Below are positions 54,035-62,083 of a DNA stretch of 62,083 nucleotides, one piece after another (the stretch's first letter is position 1; the number at the start of each line of letters is the position of its first letter). The notes below the pieces were generated by a model. That model searched no databases and was not told where the DNA came from. It worked only from the letters and a program-made list of their open reading frames with translations. The stretch spans positions 1 to 62,083 of the forward strand of contig DATDWO010000071.1 in NCBI GenBank assembly GCA_035289665.1. The letters are read 5' to 3'. A program made the position numbers and the translations under genes. The stretch is from Candidatus Nanoarchaeia archaeon (GTDB lineage: Archaea > Nanobdellota > Nanobdellia > Woesearchaeales > SM23-78).

Positions 54035-55348
54035 ATGGATCCCTTTAAGTCTTGGTTTTGGTGGAAGTCTCATGGTTCAAAGCAGGTAGACATGGACTTG
54101 TTTAAGACCACCGCTATGTTAGGTCTTATGACTTTAGCCGGTACAGTGTTTAACTTATTATTCCATGTAGTGACTTCTCGTAAGTTGGGACCGGAGGAGT
54201 ACGGTACGGTGGGAGTCATTACTTCCATTATTCTTGCAGTGACCATTGCAGGTTTGGTAAGCGAGATGGTGATCACTAAATTCATCTCCTATTATCGTAC
54301 AAGGAGTCAGGTGGAGATGATCATGTATCTTTCCTTGTCCGCATTTAAGATTTTCTTTTCGGCAGGTGTTGGCGTGGCATTGTTGCTGTTTGTGTTCAGC
54401 GGTCCGGTGGGGGATTTTTTCAATATGACAGGAAAAGGCGCGATCTTTTGGTTGGGTTTAGGGATTATCTTAGCTTCATTAGAACCTGTAGTGAACGGAA
54501 CATTAAGGGGTCTTCAAGAGTTTTTTCAGTTGAGCTTGTTGAAGTTATTCGATCCATTGCTCAGATTCATCTTTGTTTTGGTTCTTTTTTTCTTGCAGTT
54601 CAAAACAAATGGGGCGATTGCAGCATTTGTGTTCGGCGCCCTAGCAGCGTACCTATTGGCATTGAAGCCATTATGGAAATGGCGCCATTTAGAGCCTTAC
54701 AAGATTAAGCGAAAGGACATTTTAAAGTATGCCTGGCCAGTGTGTTATGTGTCTTTGGCGCTTTCTATATTGTTATACTTAGATGTAGTCTTTGCCAAGC
54801 ACTACTTGACAAAGGAACTGGCAGGGCATTACCTGGCATTGTCTATGTTGTTCAAGGTACCCTACATGATTTCAGTTTCCATGGCCTCGGTTTTCTTCCC
54901 GAAAGTGGTGGAGGCATTCAGTACAAGTCAGGAAACGGCACCTTATTTCAAGTCGATTTTGCGCTACCACTTAGCTTGCTGCGGGGTTTTACTAGCTGTT
55001 TTTCTATTCTTCCCAAACTGGGTGGTTTCAACCATTTTTGGGCCTAATTTCGGTGGGGGAGATATCTTGTTTGCAGGTACCTTGGCGTTTACCTTGCTTT
55101 CCATCATCAACTTGGTTTACTGTTATAAATTAGCTAGGGAAGAATATGACAACATCGCCTTGCTTTGGCTGGCGCTGATGTGTGACTTAATCTTCACGTT
55201 GTTGTTCCACAGCTCATTAAAACAGTTCGTAACCGTACAGATCATATTGATGGTCGTTTTATTCATCGTGGTCCTGTTGTTGGAAAAAAAGGTCGTTTTC
55301 GAGAAAGTGTACTCAAAACCATACAAACAGATTCATGTGGAGGAATAA
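54035..55348 (+). CDS. MOP-superfamily flippase (Wzx/polysaccharide biosynthesis-like)
   Basis: About 12-14 TM segments and ~437 aa. Promoter-like aaagctttataag lies upstream. Confidence 0.65.
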   Translation: MDPFKSWFWWKSHGSKQVDMDLFKTTAMLGLMTLAGTVFNLLFHVVTSRKLGPEEYGTVGVITSIILAVTIAGLVSEMVITKFISYYRTRSQVEMIMYLSLSAFKIFFSAGVGVALLLFVFSGPVGDFFNMTGKGAIFWLGLGIILASLEPVVNGTLRGLQEFFQLSLLKLFDPLLRFIFVLVLFFLQFKTNGAIAAFVFGALAAYLLALKPLWKWRHLEPYKIKRKDILKYAWPVCYVSLALSILLYLDVVFAKHYLTKELAGHYLALSMLFKVPYMISVSMASVFFPKVVEAFSTSQETAPYFKSILRYHLACCGVLLAVFLFFPNWVVSTIFGPNFGGGDILFAGTLAFTLLSIINLVYCYKLAREEYDNIALLWLALMCDLIFTLLFHSSLKQFVTVQIILMVVLFIVVLLLEKKVVFEKVYSKPYKQIHVEE

Positions 55349-55380
55349 GATTTATAAAATGAAGCCCCTTCCATTTTTTC

Positions 55381-55653
55381 ATGTACGAATTCAGCCATGA
55401 CCTATTGCATTTCATCACGGCAGCCTTGTCCATCGCTTTATTTGCCATTTCCTGGTTAACGTATAAAAAGCACAATAATCGCAAGTTTCTCTTTGTCTGC
55501 TTGGCTTTTTTTGTTTTTGCATTAAAAGAAATCATTACTGCACTGAATATTATGGTTTGGCATTCAGGCGCAATTGAAGTCTTTACGCATGCACTTAGTC
55601 TCGTTATTTTGATCTTATTTGCGATCGGTATAATCAGGGACGACAAAAAATAA
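55381..55653 (+). CDS. small membrane protein (3 TM)
   Basis: 90-aa hydrophobic ORF. A 9-bp inverted repeat cagggacga / tcgtccctg (55635-43 / 55663-71) spans its stop codon. Confidence 0.45.
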   Translation: MYEFSHDLLHFITAALSIALFAISWLTYKKHNNRKFLFVCLAFFVFALKEIITALNIMVWHSGAIEVFTHALSLVILILFAIGIIRDDKK

Positions 55654-55673
55654 AGATTATTTTCGTCCCTGTA

Positions 55674-55720
55674 TACAGCAAATGAATCCAATTATATAAA
55701 AAGAGGGGTCATTTGCTGTA
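55674..55720. promoter_or_regulatory. 12-bp perfect inverted repeat flanking a TATA-like box (operator candidate)
   Basis: tacagcaaatga 55674-85 and tcatttgctgta 55709-20 bracket attatataaaaag, upstream of the wHTH regulator gene. Confidence 0.5.
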
Positions 55721-55727
55721 TTCTAAA

Positions 55728-56252
55728 ATGACCCATCTGGCGCTGGAATTAGAGACTAGAAAAAGGCTCTATAGCTTGATTGAGCAGTTCCCAGGCACTC
55801 ATTTTCGTGAGTTGCATCGCTTATTCGGAGGAGGGACCGGTAACTTAGAGCACCACTTGCGTTTCTTAGATAAAAAAGGATTGATCCAGGTTGAAAAAGA
55901 CAGGGGAAACAAGCGCCTTTTTCCATTGGGCTTGAATAACCATGAGCGCCGGATCTTGGGCATTCTGAGAAATTCAAGCCTAAGGAAAGTGGTTCTTCAG
56001 CTGCTGGCAAATAAAAAGGCCACGCACAAGGCACTGACGAATCACCTACAGACTGCCCCCTCCGCCGTATCCAGATATTTGAATAAATTGGTGGCAAGCA
56101 ATGTCGTTGTTCTTGTTCAGAAGGGGCGTGAAAAAGAATATAGGTTAAAGGATGAAAGCGCCGTCGCGAAGGTTCTTATCACATACAAAGAAAGTTTCGT
56201 AGATCATTTAGTGGATAAATTTGCAGAGACCTGGCAAGTTTCTATATTCTAG
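55728..56252 (+). CDS. ArsR/winged-helix family transcriptional regulator
   Basis: Two wHTH-like segments (FRELHRLFGGGTGNLEHHLRFLDKKGLIQV and HKALTNHLQTAPSAVSRYLNKLVASNVV). ATG 55728 preferred over TTG 55713. Confidence 0.6.
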   Translation: MTHLALELETRKRLYSLIEQFPGTHFRELHRLFGGGTGNLEHHLRFLDKKGLIQVEKDRGNKRLFPLGLNNHERRILGILRNSSLRKVVLQLLANKKATHKALTNHLQTAPSAVSRYLNKLVASNVVVLVQKGREKEYRLKDESAVAKVLITYKESFVDHLVDKFAETWQVSIF

Positions 56253-56297
56253 AATTGTCCCTAATTATTTATAAAGGGTCCTCAAAGTCTAAGGAAG

Positions 56298-56957
56298 ATG
56301 AGAAACGCTGTTTTTTTCATCGTTTTTTTATTGAGTTTAGGAATGGTTTTTGCGCACGAGCGTCAAGTCTTCGAAATCGGAGATAAAACATATCTTTTTG
56401 TCATCGGCTCACTAAACGAACCCGTATTTGTAGACGATAAAACAGGGGTTGACTTAAGGGTTAAACTCGCTGATCCAGCCAATCCAGGTGATTCTTCTTC
56501 ACCCAATGCAGAGCCAGTGGCTGGATTGGAAACCTCGTTAAAGGTGGAACTCATCGCAGGAGATAAGAAAAAAACAATGGCTCTTGCTCCAGCGTATAAG
56601 GATCCAGGAGCGTACAAGGCCGAGTTCTATCCTACGCTTGCAACCACATTCACATACCGAGTATTTGGCATGATCAATGAAGTTTCCGTGGACCTGATGT
56701 TCTCCTGCAATCCTACAGGCCATCCAGCTACTGCAGATGACACGAGTCGTGTTGAAGTTTCAGAAGGTGTAACCCGCATCTTAAAAGCAGGGTCTTTTGG
56801 CTGTCCAAAGCCAAAAGCAGAGTACGGTTTTCCAGAGCCTTCCGCTTCGTTACAGGAATTGAGTGTTAAAAAAGAAAATAGGTGGCCAATGGTTGCGGCA
56901 ATCTTGGCAGGGCTTTCTCTTCTATTAAGCATCATTGCTTTCTGGAAGGTGCAATGA
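56298..56957 (+). CDS. YcnI-like secreted, C-terminally anchored protein (copper-associated, architecture-based call)
   Basis: Signal peptide ending ...VFA followed by His (HERQV), beta-rich body, C-terminal TM. Stop overlaps the CopCD start (ATGA). Confidence 0.4.
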   Translation: MRNAVFFIVFLLSLGMVFAHERQVFEIGDKTYLFVIGSLNEPVFVDDKTGVDLRVKLADPANPGDSSSPNAEPVAGLETSLKVELIAGDKKKTMALAPAYKDPGAYKAEFYPTLATTFTYRVFGMINEVSVDLMFSCNPTGHPATADDTSRVEVSEGVTRILKAGSFGCPKPKAEYGFPEPSASLQELSVKKENRWPMVAAILAGLSLLLSIIAFWKVQ

Positions 56958-58483
56958 ATAAATTATTTTTATTATGGATTCTGCTTCTTCCTTTTGCCGC
57001 AGCGCATGCGGTTCCAACGCAATCCAGTCCAATGCCAGGTTCCACGCTGGAGCAGCCCCCGACAGAAGTCAGCATCTGGTTCAGTGAACGGGTGGATCTA
57101 GGGGGCAGTCACATTGAGGTGTATGATTCAAAAGGGAGCCGAGTAGGAAATCAGGTTCATGTAGATTATTTAGATACCCATCATCTAGTTGGGAAGGGGG
57201 TATCTCAAAATGGGACGTACACGGTTTCTTGGCAGGTTCTTTCAGCGGACGACGGCCATTTTACAAAAGGGGCTTATTCATTTAGGGTAGGGGAAGGCGC
57301 AGAAGGGAAAGAGGCAGAGCAAATCTTGCAAGAAGAGGGAGGGTTGGATATTTTTTGGGTTGGGTTGGAACTGATTGGGCAAGCTCTGCTAGTCGGCGCA
57401 CTGGTCATGGTACTGGGTGGGTGGGCTAGTTCAGAGAAGGTGAGTAAGTACCTGTTGTCCGGGGCGGGTTTAGTGATCCTTAGCACGTTGGCTTTTTCGC
57501 TCAAAAAAACAGTTGATTTTGGCGGGCTTGCAATTCAACATTCATTCTTAGGTACGGAGTTAGGGCATTTCACCAGCTATCGTTTTTTACTAGGCCTGGT
57601 CTGTTTGGGGGTGTGGTTCTGGAAGGGTAAGAAAAAGTCTGGGCAGTGGATCTGTTTAGGGAGTGTTCTATTGATGATTCTGGCAAGAGCAAGAATGAGC
57701 CATGCTGCAGCTTCAGATGTGTATCCCTTGTTTTCTGTCTTCATCAATTTTGTTCACCTGTTGGCAAAAGAAACTTGGGCAGGTATTATGATCTTCCTCG
57801 GCTGGGCGAGTATAAAAAAAGAGCAAAATGAAAAGAGATGGTTGGAAGCAGCAGTCATCACTGCCATTGTAACTGGAGCTTACATCGTTTGGCTTCACCT
57901 AAAGTCTTGGTCAAATCTAGGAACAGATTGGGGGATTCGTTGTTTAATCTTATCCATGATAGCCGCAAGCTGGTTTGCTTTGCGTCTGTTGAATGCACGC
58001 AGTGCATCCAAAAAAAGGATCCGATGGGAAGCCGCAGTAGGTGTAATTGTCTTGTTGTTAAGCGGGTGGATGATCGTCACAAGTCCACCATTAAAAGCTC
58101 CTTTTGAAAAGAGCAATAATGGAGTGTTTCTCACGGAAGTGAGGCCTAGACTTCTAGAGTTAACATTCAAGGAAAACGTATATCATGCTGTGGTCACATT
58201 AGAAAACAAAGAAAAATCCATCGGTCCGATCGTAGCAGGAGTAGAAGCAAAAGAGAATGGGTTTGTATTTCCAATGTCTTCTCTATCCGTTCCAGGGTCT
58301 TGGAAGATGGAAGTAATAGGTCATCAAGCAGGGGCGTACGATGTATTGGCTTCGTTCCAGGTGCTCTTCCCAGAGGATTTCAAGAAAGAGAGAGGATTTG
58401 GTTTTTTTGAATTAAGTCTGATTCTAGGAGCAATCTTGTTGGTTGGAATCCTATGGTGGAACAAGATTAATAAAGGATATTGA
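56954..58483 (+). CDS. CopC-CopD fusion copper transport/resistance protein
   Basis: AAAHAVPTQSSPMPGSTL...TYTVSWQVLSADDGHFTKGAYSFRV is a CopC domain with N-terminal His after the signal peptide. It is followed by ~8 TM segments (CopD-like). Confidence 0.75.
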   Translation: MNKLFLLWILLLPFAAAHAVPTQSSPMPGSTLEQPPTEVSIWFSERVDLGGSHIEVYDSKGSRVGNQVHVDYLDTHHLVGKGVSQNGTYTVSWQVLSADDGHFTKGAYSFRVGEGAEGKEAEQILQEEGGLDIFWVGLELIGQALLVGALVMVLGGWASSEKVSKYLLSGAGLVILSTLAFSLKKTVDFGGLAIQHSFLGTELGHFTSYRFLLGLVCLGVWFWKGKKKSGQWICLGSVLLMILARARMSHAAASDVYPLFSVFINFVHLLAKETWAGIMIFLGWASIKKEQNEKRWLEAAVITAIVTGAYIVWLHLKSWSNLGTDWGIRCLILSMIAASWFALRLLNARSASKKRIRWEAAVGVIVLLLSGWMIVTSPPLKAPFEKSNNGVFLTEVRPRLLELTFKENVYHAVVTLENKEKSIGPIVAGVEAKENGFVFPMSSLSVPGSWKMEVIGHQAGAYDVLASFQVLFPEDFKKERGFGFFELSLILGAILLVGILWWNKINKGY

Positions 58484-58498
58484 ACTGCTTAATATACA

Positions 58499-58966
58499 AT
58501 GGGAGAAGACACGCTTAAGGCAATTCGTTCCTTGTTCCAGCAGCACAATATTCCATTCAAAGAATTCCATCACCTTCCCGTTCGTACTTCCGAAGAAGCT
58601 GCTAAGGTTCGCGGGGTAGACATCAAAACAGGGGCGAAGGCTATGGTCTTGAAGGCAGATGAGCAATTCATCATGTGCGTGTTGTCCGCAGCCAAGCGTT
58701 TGGATTCAGGTAAACTTCGTACGTTGCTAAATGTGAAAAAGGTTCGTTTTGCAAATCCAGAAGAGCTTTTAGAGAAAACCAAGTGCGAACCGGGCAGCGT
58801 TCCTCCCTTTGGAAGCCTATTGGGTCTTCCTCTCTACGTAGACAGGTCTTTGCTGGAGAACGAATCCATTAATTTCAACGTCGGCCTGGTGACGGATTCC
58901 ATGTCCATCTCCACGAAGGATTACCTCGCCTTAGTCCAAGCCACCGTCGAAGACTTCTCAGAATAA
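58499..58966 (+). CDS. YbaK/ProX-type aminoacyl-tRNA deacylase domain protein
   Basis: TSEEAAKVRGVDIKTGAKAMVLK and EPGSVPPFGSLLGLPLYVD motifs. Confidence 0.7.
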   Translation: MGEDTLKAIRSLFQQHNIPFKEFHHLPVRTSEEAAKVRGVDIKTGAKAMVLKADEQFIMCVLSAAKRLDSGKLRTLLNVKKVRFANPEELLEKTKCEPGSVPPFGSLLGLPLYVDRSLLENESINFNVGLVTDSMSISTKDYLALVQATVEDFSE

Positions 58967-59014
58967 CCACTGAGGAGGGGAAATATTTAAAAAGAAGCAA
59001 CCTTTCCCAAGTTC

Positions 59015-59377
59015 ATGAAAAGAACCATCCTTTTTATAATGGCCTTATTGGTCTTAGCTCTGCCTTTAGCCAACGCCTATGCCTACTCTCTTCCAAACTA
59101 TGGCTCTCCCATGTCATATGCCTCCCAATTAGGGGGCAATGTATACCAGCGCCACGTGTACGATGTTCAGAACATACCTCGTGTATTTACTCATTACCGC
59201 CACAACACCATACAAACCGTGCGCCATCACTTATACCAATACCAAGACCATCATAACATAGTCGACTTGTACTCCAACCAATACTTAGACGTTCACCACC
59301 CCGTCACGTACGGTGGTTCCCACTGGAATCCATACAGTTACTCCAGATACGGCGGGTATGGCTTTCCCTCCCGATAG
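59015..59377 (+). CDS. secreted Tyr/His-rich low-complexity protein
   Basis: Signal peptide MKRTILFIMALLVLALPLANA. The mature part is rich in Y, H, Q, N and ends YSYSRYGGYGFPSR. Confidence 0.55.
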   Translation: MKRTILFIMALLVLALPLANAYAYSLPNYGSPMSYASQLGGNVYQRHVYDVQNIPRVFTHYRHNTIQTVRHHLYQYQDHHNIVDLYSNQYLDVHHPVTYGGSHWNPYSYSRYGGYGFPSR

Positions 59378-59388
59378 GGCTATTATGG

Positions 59389-59715
59389 ATGGTAAAAGTT
59401 AAATACTTCACCGCATTCCTTCCGATCATGAAGTCCTTACCGATCTTTCTGATATGGTTGTTGCTGTTAGTTGCTCCTATCTCTGCTTTAAGCATTGCTC
59501 CGCCAGAATACGATGACCAGTGGGATTATCCTTATCGCTATCAGTCCAGTGGTTATTGGCGCTGGCATCCTTATTCGTACCCTACTTATTATCAACCCTA
59601 TTCTGGATACCGTTGGCCAGGGTACAGTTATTATCGCCCTTATTACCAATCCAATTACTACCGCCCTTCTTATTACTACCATCCCTGGCGCTGGTCCGAT
59701 CGTAGATACTGGTAA
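59389..59715 (+). CDS. secreted extremely Tyr/Trp/Pro/Arg-rich protein
   Basis: Hydrophobic leader (possibly starting at the internal MKSLPIFLIWLLLLVAPISALS). The mature ~70 aa contain ~25 Tyr, e.g. YYQPYSGYRWPGYSYYRPYYQSNYYRPSYYYHPWRW. Confidence 0.55.
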   Translation: MVKVKYFTAFLPIMKSLPIFLIWLLLLVAPISALSIAPPEYDDQWDYPYRYQSSGYWRWHPYSYPTYYQPYSGYRWPGYSYYRPYYQSNYYRPSYYYHPWRWSDRRYW

Positions 59716-59812
59716 TTCAGAGGCAATTTCTAGACGATAAAGGATCACAACATTTATAAAGCATTTACGAATACGATGAATTAATTTATTTTTTATATGA
59801 TAAGGTGATAGC

Positions 59813-60043
59813 ATGGAAAGTATGGAAAGTCGTCCTTTAGACGCATTGAATAAGAGTCGCAACAAGAGAGTCATTGTCGAGCTAAAGAACGGCCGCCAGT
59901 ACGTGGGCTTATTGAAGGCATTTGACATTCACATCAACATTGTTTTAGACGAGGCAGAGGAGCGCATTGATAATGAAGTGAAGCGCAAGCTCGGCACTGT
60001 TTTCATCCGCGGAGACACCATCACCCTCCTTTCTCCACAATAG
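59813..60043 (+). CDS. Sm-like archaeal protein (SmAP/LSm)
   Basis: Sm1 is VIVELKNGRQYVGLLKAFDIHINIVLDEAEE. Sm2 is LGTVFIRGDTITLL. Confidence 0.85.
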   Translation: MESMESRPLDALNKSRNKRVIVELKNGRQYVGLLKAFDIHINIVLDEAEERIDNEVKRKLGTVFIRGDTITLLSPQ

Positions 60044-60059
60044 TTTTTCTTTTTTTTGT

Positions 60060-60869
60060 TTATTTAATAATCCAAAACTTCCCTTCTTTGAATCGCACAT
60101 TTTCAAAACTCTGTAGTTGGCCAGCTTCCTTGAGCTCAGCACCTTGGACAGGTTGTTGCCAGGGATATTGAGCGGCAAATAAAAGTGAGACATTAAGCAT
60201 ATTAGGGTCAAACACTTGGTAAATGACTGTATCTCCAAGACCATACAGCTCAATCTTAACCCTATATTGAGCAGAAAGCCGTTCTAAGAGTTGGACTTGA
60301 ACGGCTGGAAGCACCCGTTGAACTTGAACGTATTCTTGAACAAGCTGGAAAAGGTTTTGAGCGTTAAAATCCGAGGTAAAGATCGTACGGCTTTGTTTAA
60401 CCGTTCTTTTTTGCCATAAAAGAGTATACTGCAGAGAAAGGCTCAAGGTAGGCGAGTCTAGCAAAGGGTAAATGTGCAGGTTTTCAAGAGTGTATCCTCC
60501 CGTTTCTTGAACACAGCTTGGCAAGGTTTTGAAAACATAATCCTGGACCTGATTAAGAAACGCCGAATAATCCAGCACAGCATATTGGGTGGGGGTAATC
60601 AATACCGGGATTTTTCTCTGCTCATGATCCACAATCGGAATGTTAGCCGCAAGAGGGACTTGGCTTAAAAGGGCAGGCACTTCAGCCTGCAATCGTTCCA
60701 AGCACCGTTGCTCGGTCTCTTCCACACTCAGTTTAGGAGTCAGCTGATTTAAAGCAACCTTTTCAGAGGCTTGTGTATCCGCCACATAAACCAGGTATAA
60801 CAACAAAGTGACAACTAGGAGTGTCCCAGCCAGCACCGTCCAGGTCTTCCAAGAGGAAAGGTTGATCAT
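60060..60869 (-). CDS. hypothetical membrane-anchored extracytoplasmic protein
   Basis: N-terminal TM WKTWTVLAGTLLVVTLLLYLVYV. No motif. Confidence 0.5.
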   Translation of the reverse strand: MINLSSWKTWTVLAGTLLVVTLLLYLVYVADTQASEKVALNQLTPKLSVEETEQRCLERLQAEVPALLSQVPLAANIPIVDHEQRKIPVLITPTQYAVLDYSAFLNQVQDYVFKTLPSCVQETGGYTLENLHIYPLLDSPTLSLSLQYTLLWQKRTVKQSRTIFTSDFNAQNLFQLVQEYVQVQRVLPAVQVQLLERLSAQYRVKIELYGLGDTVIYQVFDPNMLNVSLLFAAQYPWQQPVQGAELKEAGQLQSFENVRFKEGKFWIIK

Positions 60870-60963
60870 GGATCTCTTTTAGTTTCTCTAATATAAAAAG
60901 CTTACACTAATAAAAAAAAGGAAGATAAAAAAAGAATTAGTTTTTTATTTTAGAATTAATTTC

Positions 60964-62083
60964 TTAACTTCCGCCCATAAACTGCCTCATCATGGGGTTC
61001 ATGTCCATCATGTGCTGCCTTGCAATGTCTTCGTAGAGTTTGTACACGATCATAACCGTAAGCAGCAAGCCAGTTCCAGAGGTCAAAGCGCCTGAAATGT
61101 CGGCAAGGGCAGCTAATAATCCCACAGCACAGCCACCCATGAAGGTCAAAGGTCCAATGTAACGTTGTAACAATCGTTCCAGTACACGGGCATCTTTTCT
61201 AAAGCCAGGTACTTGCAGGCCGGATTTCAGCATTTGTTCGGCTTGGCTTCGGGCGTCCATTCCGCTGGTTTGGACCCAGAAGTAGCTAAACAAAACAGAA
61301 CCTCCCATAAAGACAACAATGTAGACGAGAGCGTGTAGGAAGGTTAAAGGTGATATGCTTCCTGTAAGGACTTGGTTCAGTACATTAGGGGGGTTAAGCC
61401 AGAAGGCAAAGCCGGAAATGGCTTGTCCTCCACTGAAATGTCCCAGTAAAGGATATCCCCAGTTTTGCATTAAACTTCCTAATAACTGAACATTCGCAAT
61501 AAGCGCGGCTACTAAAATAACCGGGATGTTACTGGTGTACATGAAGTTCAAGGGCCACCGGATGCCATGGCCGCGTATCCTTCCAAAGGAAAGAGGAATT
61601 TCGACTTTCATACTTTGAACATAGACAACAATCATGAAGACAACAATGGTCGCAATAATGCTGGCCAGCAGGCGAACCGAGGTCATAGGGTCTCCTCGAG
61701 TTAAAGATTGGAAGATGGCAGGAATAGCACCTGAAGCGATGGTGGGGTTAGTTGGGCTGGCAAAGGGGTTCAAAGCTCGGATGAGCATGCTTTGGCTGAC
61801 TCCAGCAGCAATGAACAAGCTGATGCCCGATCCAAAGCCCCACTTACTGACGACTTCATCCATGAATAGAATGATCATACCGCCTAAAAAGAGTTGGAAG
61901 ATGAGGAATAGTTTGGGGATGCCTTCAGCAGGTTGCAAACCACCCATACCGACGTAAATGAATCCTTCAAAGATGATGAAAAAGATGCTTAATAGTTTCT
62001 GGATGCCTTGAAATCGGCGTTTGCCTTCGGAGGTAGTCAAGTCAAATTTTAAAATGCCTGAACCATTCAGCAGTTGTAGAACA
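60964..62083 (-). CDS. secY: preprotein translocase subunit SecY (N-terminus beyond window edge)
   Basis: Multi-TM protein with EGKRRFQGIQKLLSI and QMLKSGLQVPGFRKD SecY-like segments. The frame stays open upstream of TTG 62040 (..LQLLNGSGILKFD..) to the window end. Confidence 0.9.
   Translation of the reverse strand, partial: VLQLLNGSGILKFDLTTSEGKRRFQGIQKLLSIFFIIFEGFIYVGMGGLQPAEGIPKLFLIFQLFLGGMIILFMDEVVSKWGFGSGISLFIAAGVSQSMLIRALNPFASPTNPTIASGAIPAIFQSLTRGDPMTSVRLLASIIATIVVFMIVVYVQSMKVEIPLSFGRIRGHGIRWPLNFMYTSNIPVILVAALIANVQLLGSLMQNWGYPLLGHFSGGQAISGFAFWLNPPNVLNQVLTGSISPLTFLHALVYIVVFMGGSVLFSYFWVQTSGMDARSQAEQMLKSGLQVPGFRKDARVLERLLQRYIGPLTFMGGCAVGLLAALADISGALTSGTGLLLTVMIVYKLYEDIARQHMMDMNPMMRQFMGGS

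Noticed and set aside
53695-54073. ORFs 53695..53886 and 53708..54073 on the minus strand.
   Set aside because: They run straight through the hairpin array. Their composition is driven by the palindromes. They have no start context or motif, and they overlap the flippase promoter and start.
59488-59928. 146-aa minus-strand ORF overlapping the Tyr-rich gene and the Sm gene start.
   Set aside because: The + strand ORFs have signal peptides and promoter-like upstream boxes. The minus-strand ORF overlaps the well-supported Sm-like gene.

Overview
This 62-kb segment reads as archaeal, most plausibly from a small-genome DPANN-type lineage. That placement is an inference from gene content only; no database search was possible. 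Supporting content includes an aIF6-prefoldin alpha-FtsY operon, aRF1, ribosomal protein S3Ae, Bud32, an Sm-like protein, SecY, a methanogen-type SerRS and a Dph2 fragment. It also includes gyrase B, a type IA topoisomerase, and BRE/TATA-like promoters (cgaaaccTTTATAT) 30-40 nt upstream of start codons. Housekeeping genes are interleaved with accessory DNA. (1) An ~11-kb toxin-antitoxin / abortive-infection island lies between scpA and eif6. It holds four MNT-HEPN-like pairs, AbiEi/AbiEii, a DUF4258-like toxin with a zinc-finger antitoxin, and Fic. Its blocks are bounded by direct repeats that duplicate host gene ends and by a ~98-nt junction repeat. (2) A ~280-bp intergenic array of about 10 abutting, co-varying hairpins sits next to a PD-(D/E)XK-like gene; I rank it the strongest candidate for something undescribed. 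(3) A two-hairpin 90-103-bp element is present in two copies with compensatory stem changes, and one copy precisely interrupts hicA. (4) A 1236-aa surface protein carries 15 six-cysteine repeats. (5) GyrB contains a 434-aa HNH-type intein. (6) A viperin-like radical SAM gene lies beside vapBC and a PIN-ATPase. (7) Two extremely Tyr-rich secreted proteins are adjacent. (8) Several orphan genes have atypical composition, including a eukaryotic-like protein kinase. No rRNA, tRNA or CRISPR array was recognised. All functional calls rest on motifs read by eye.
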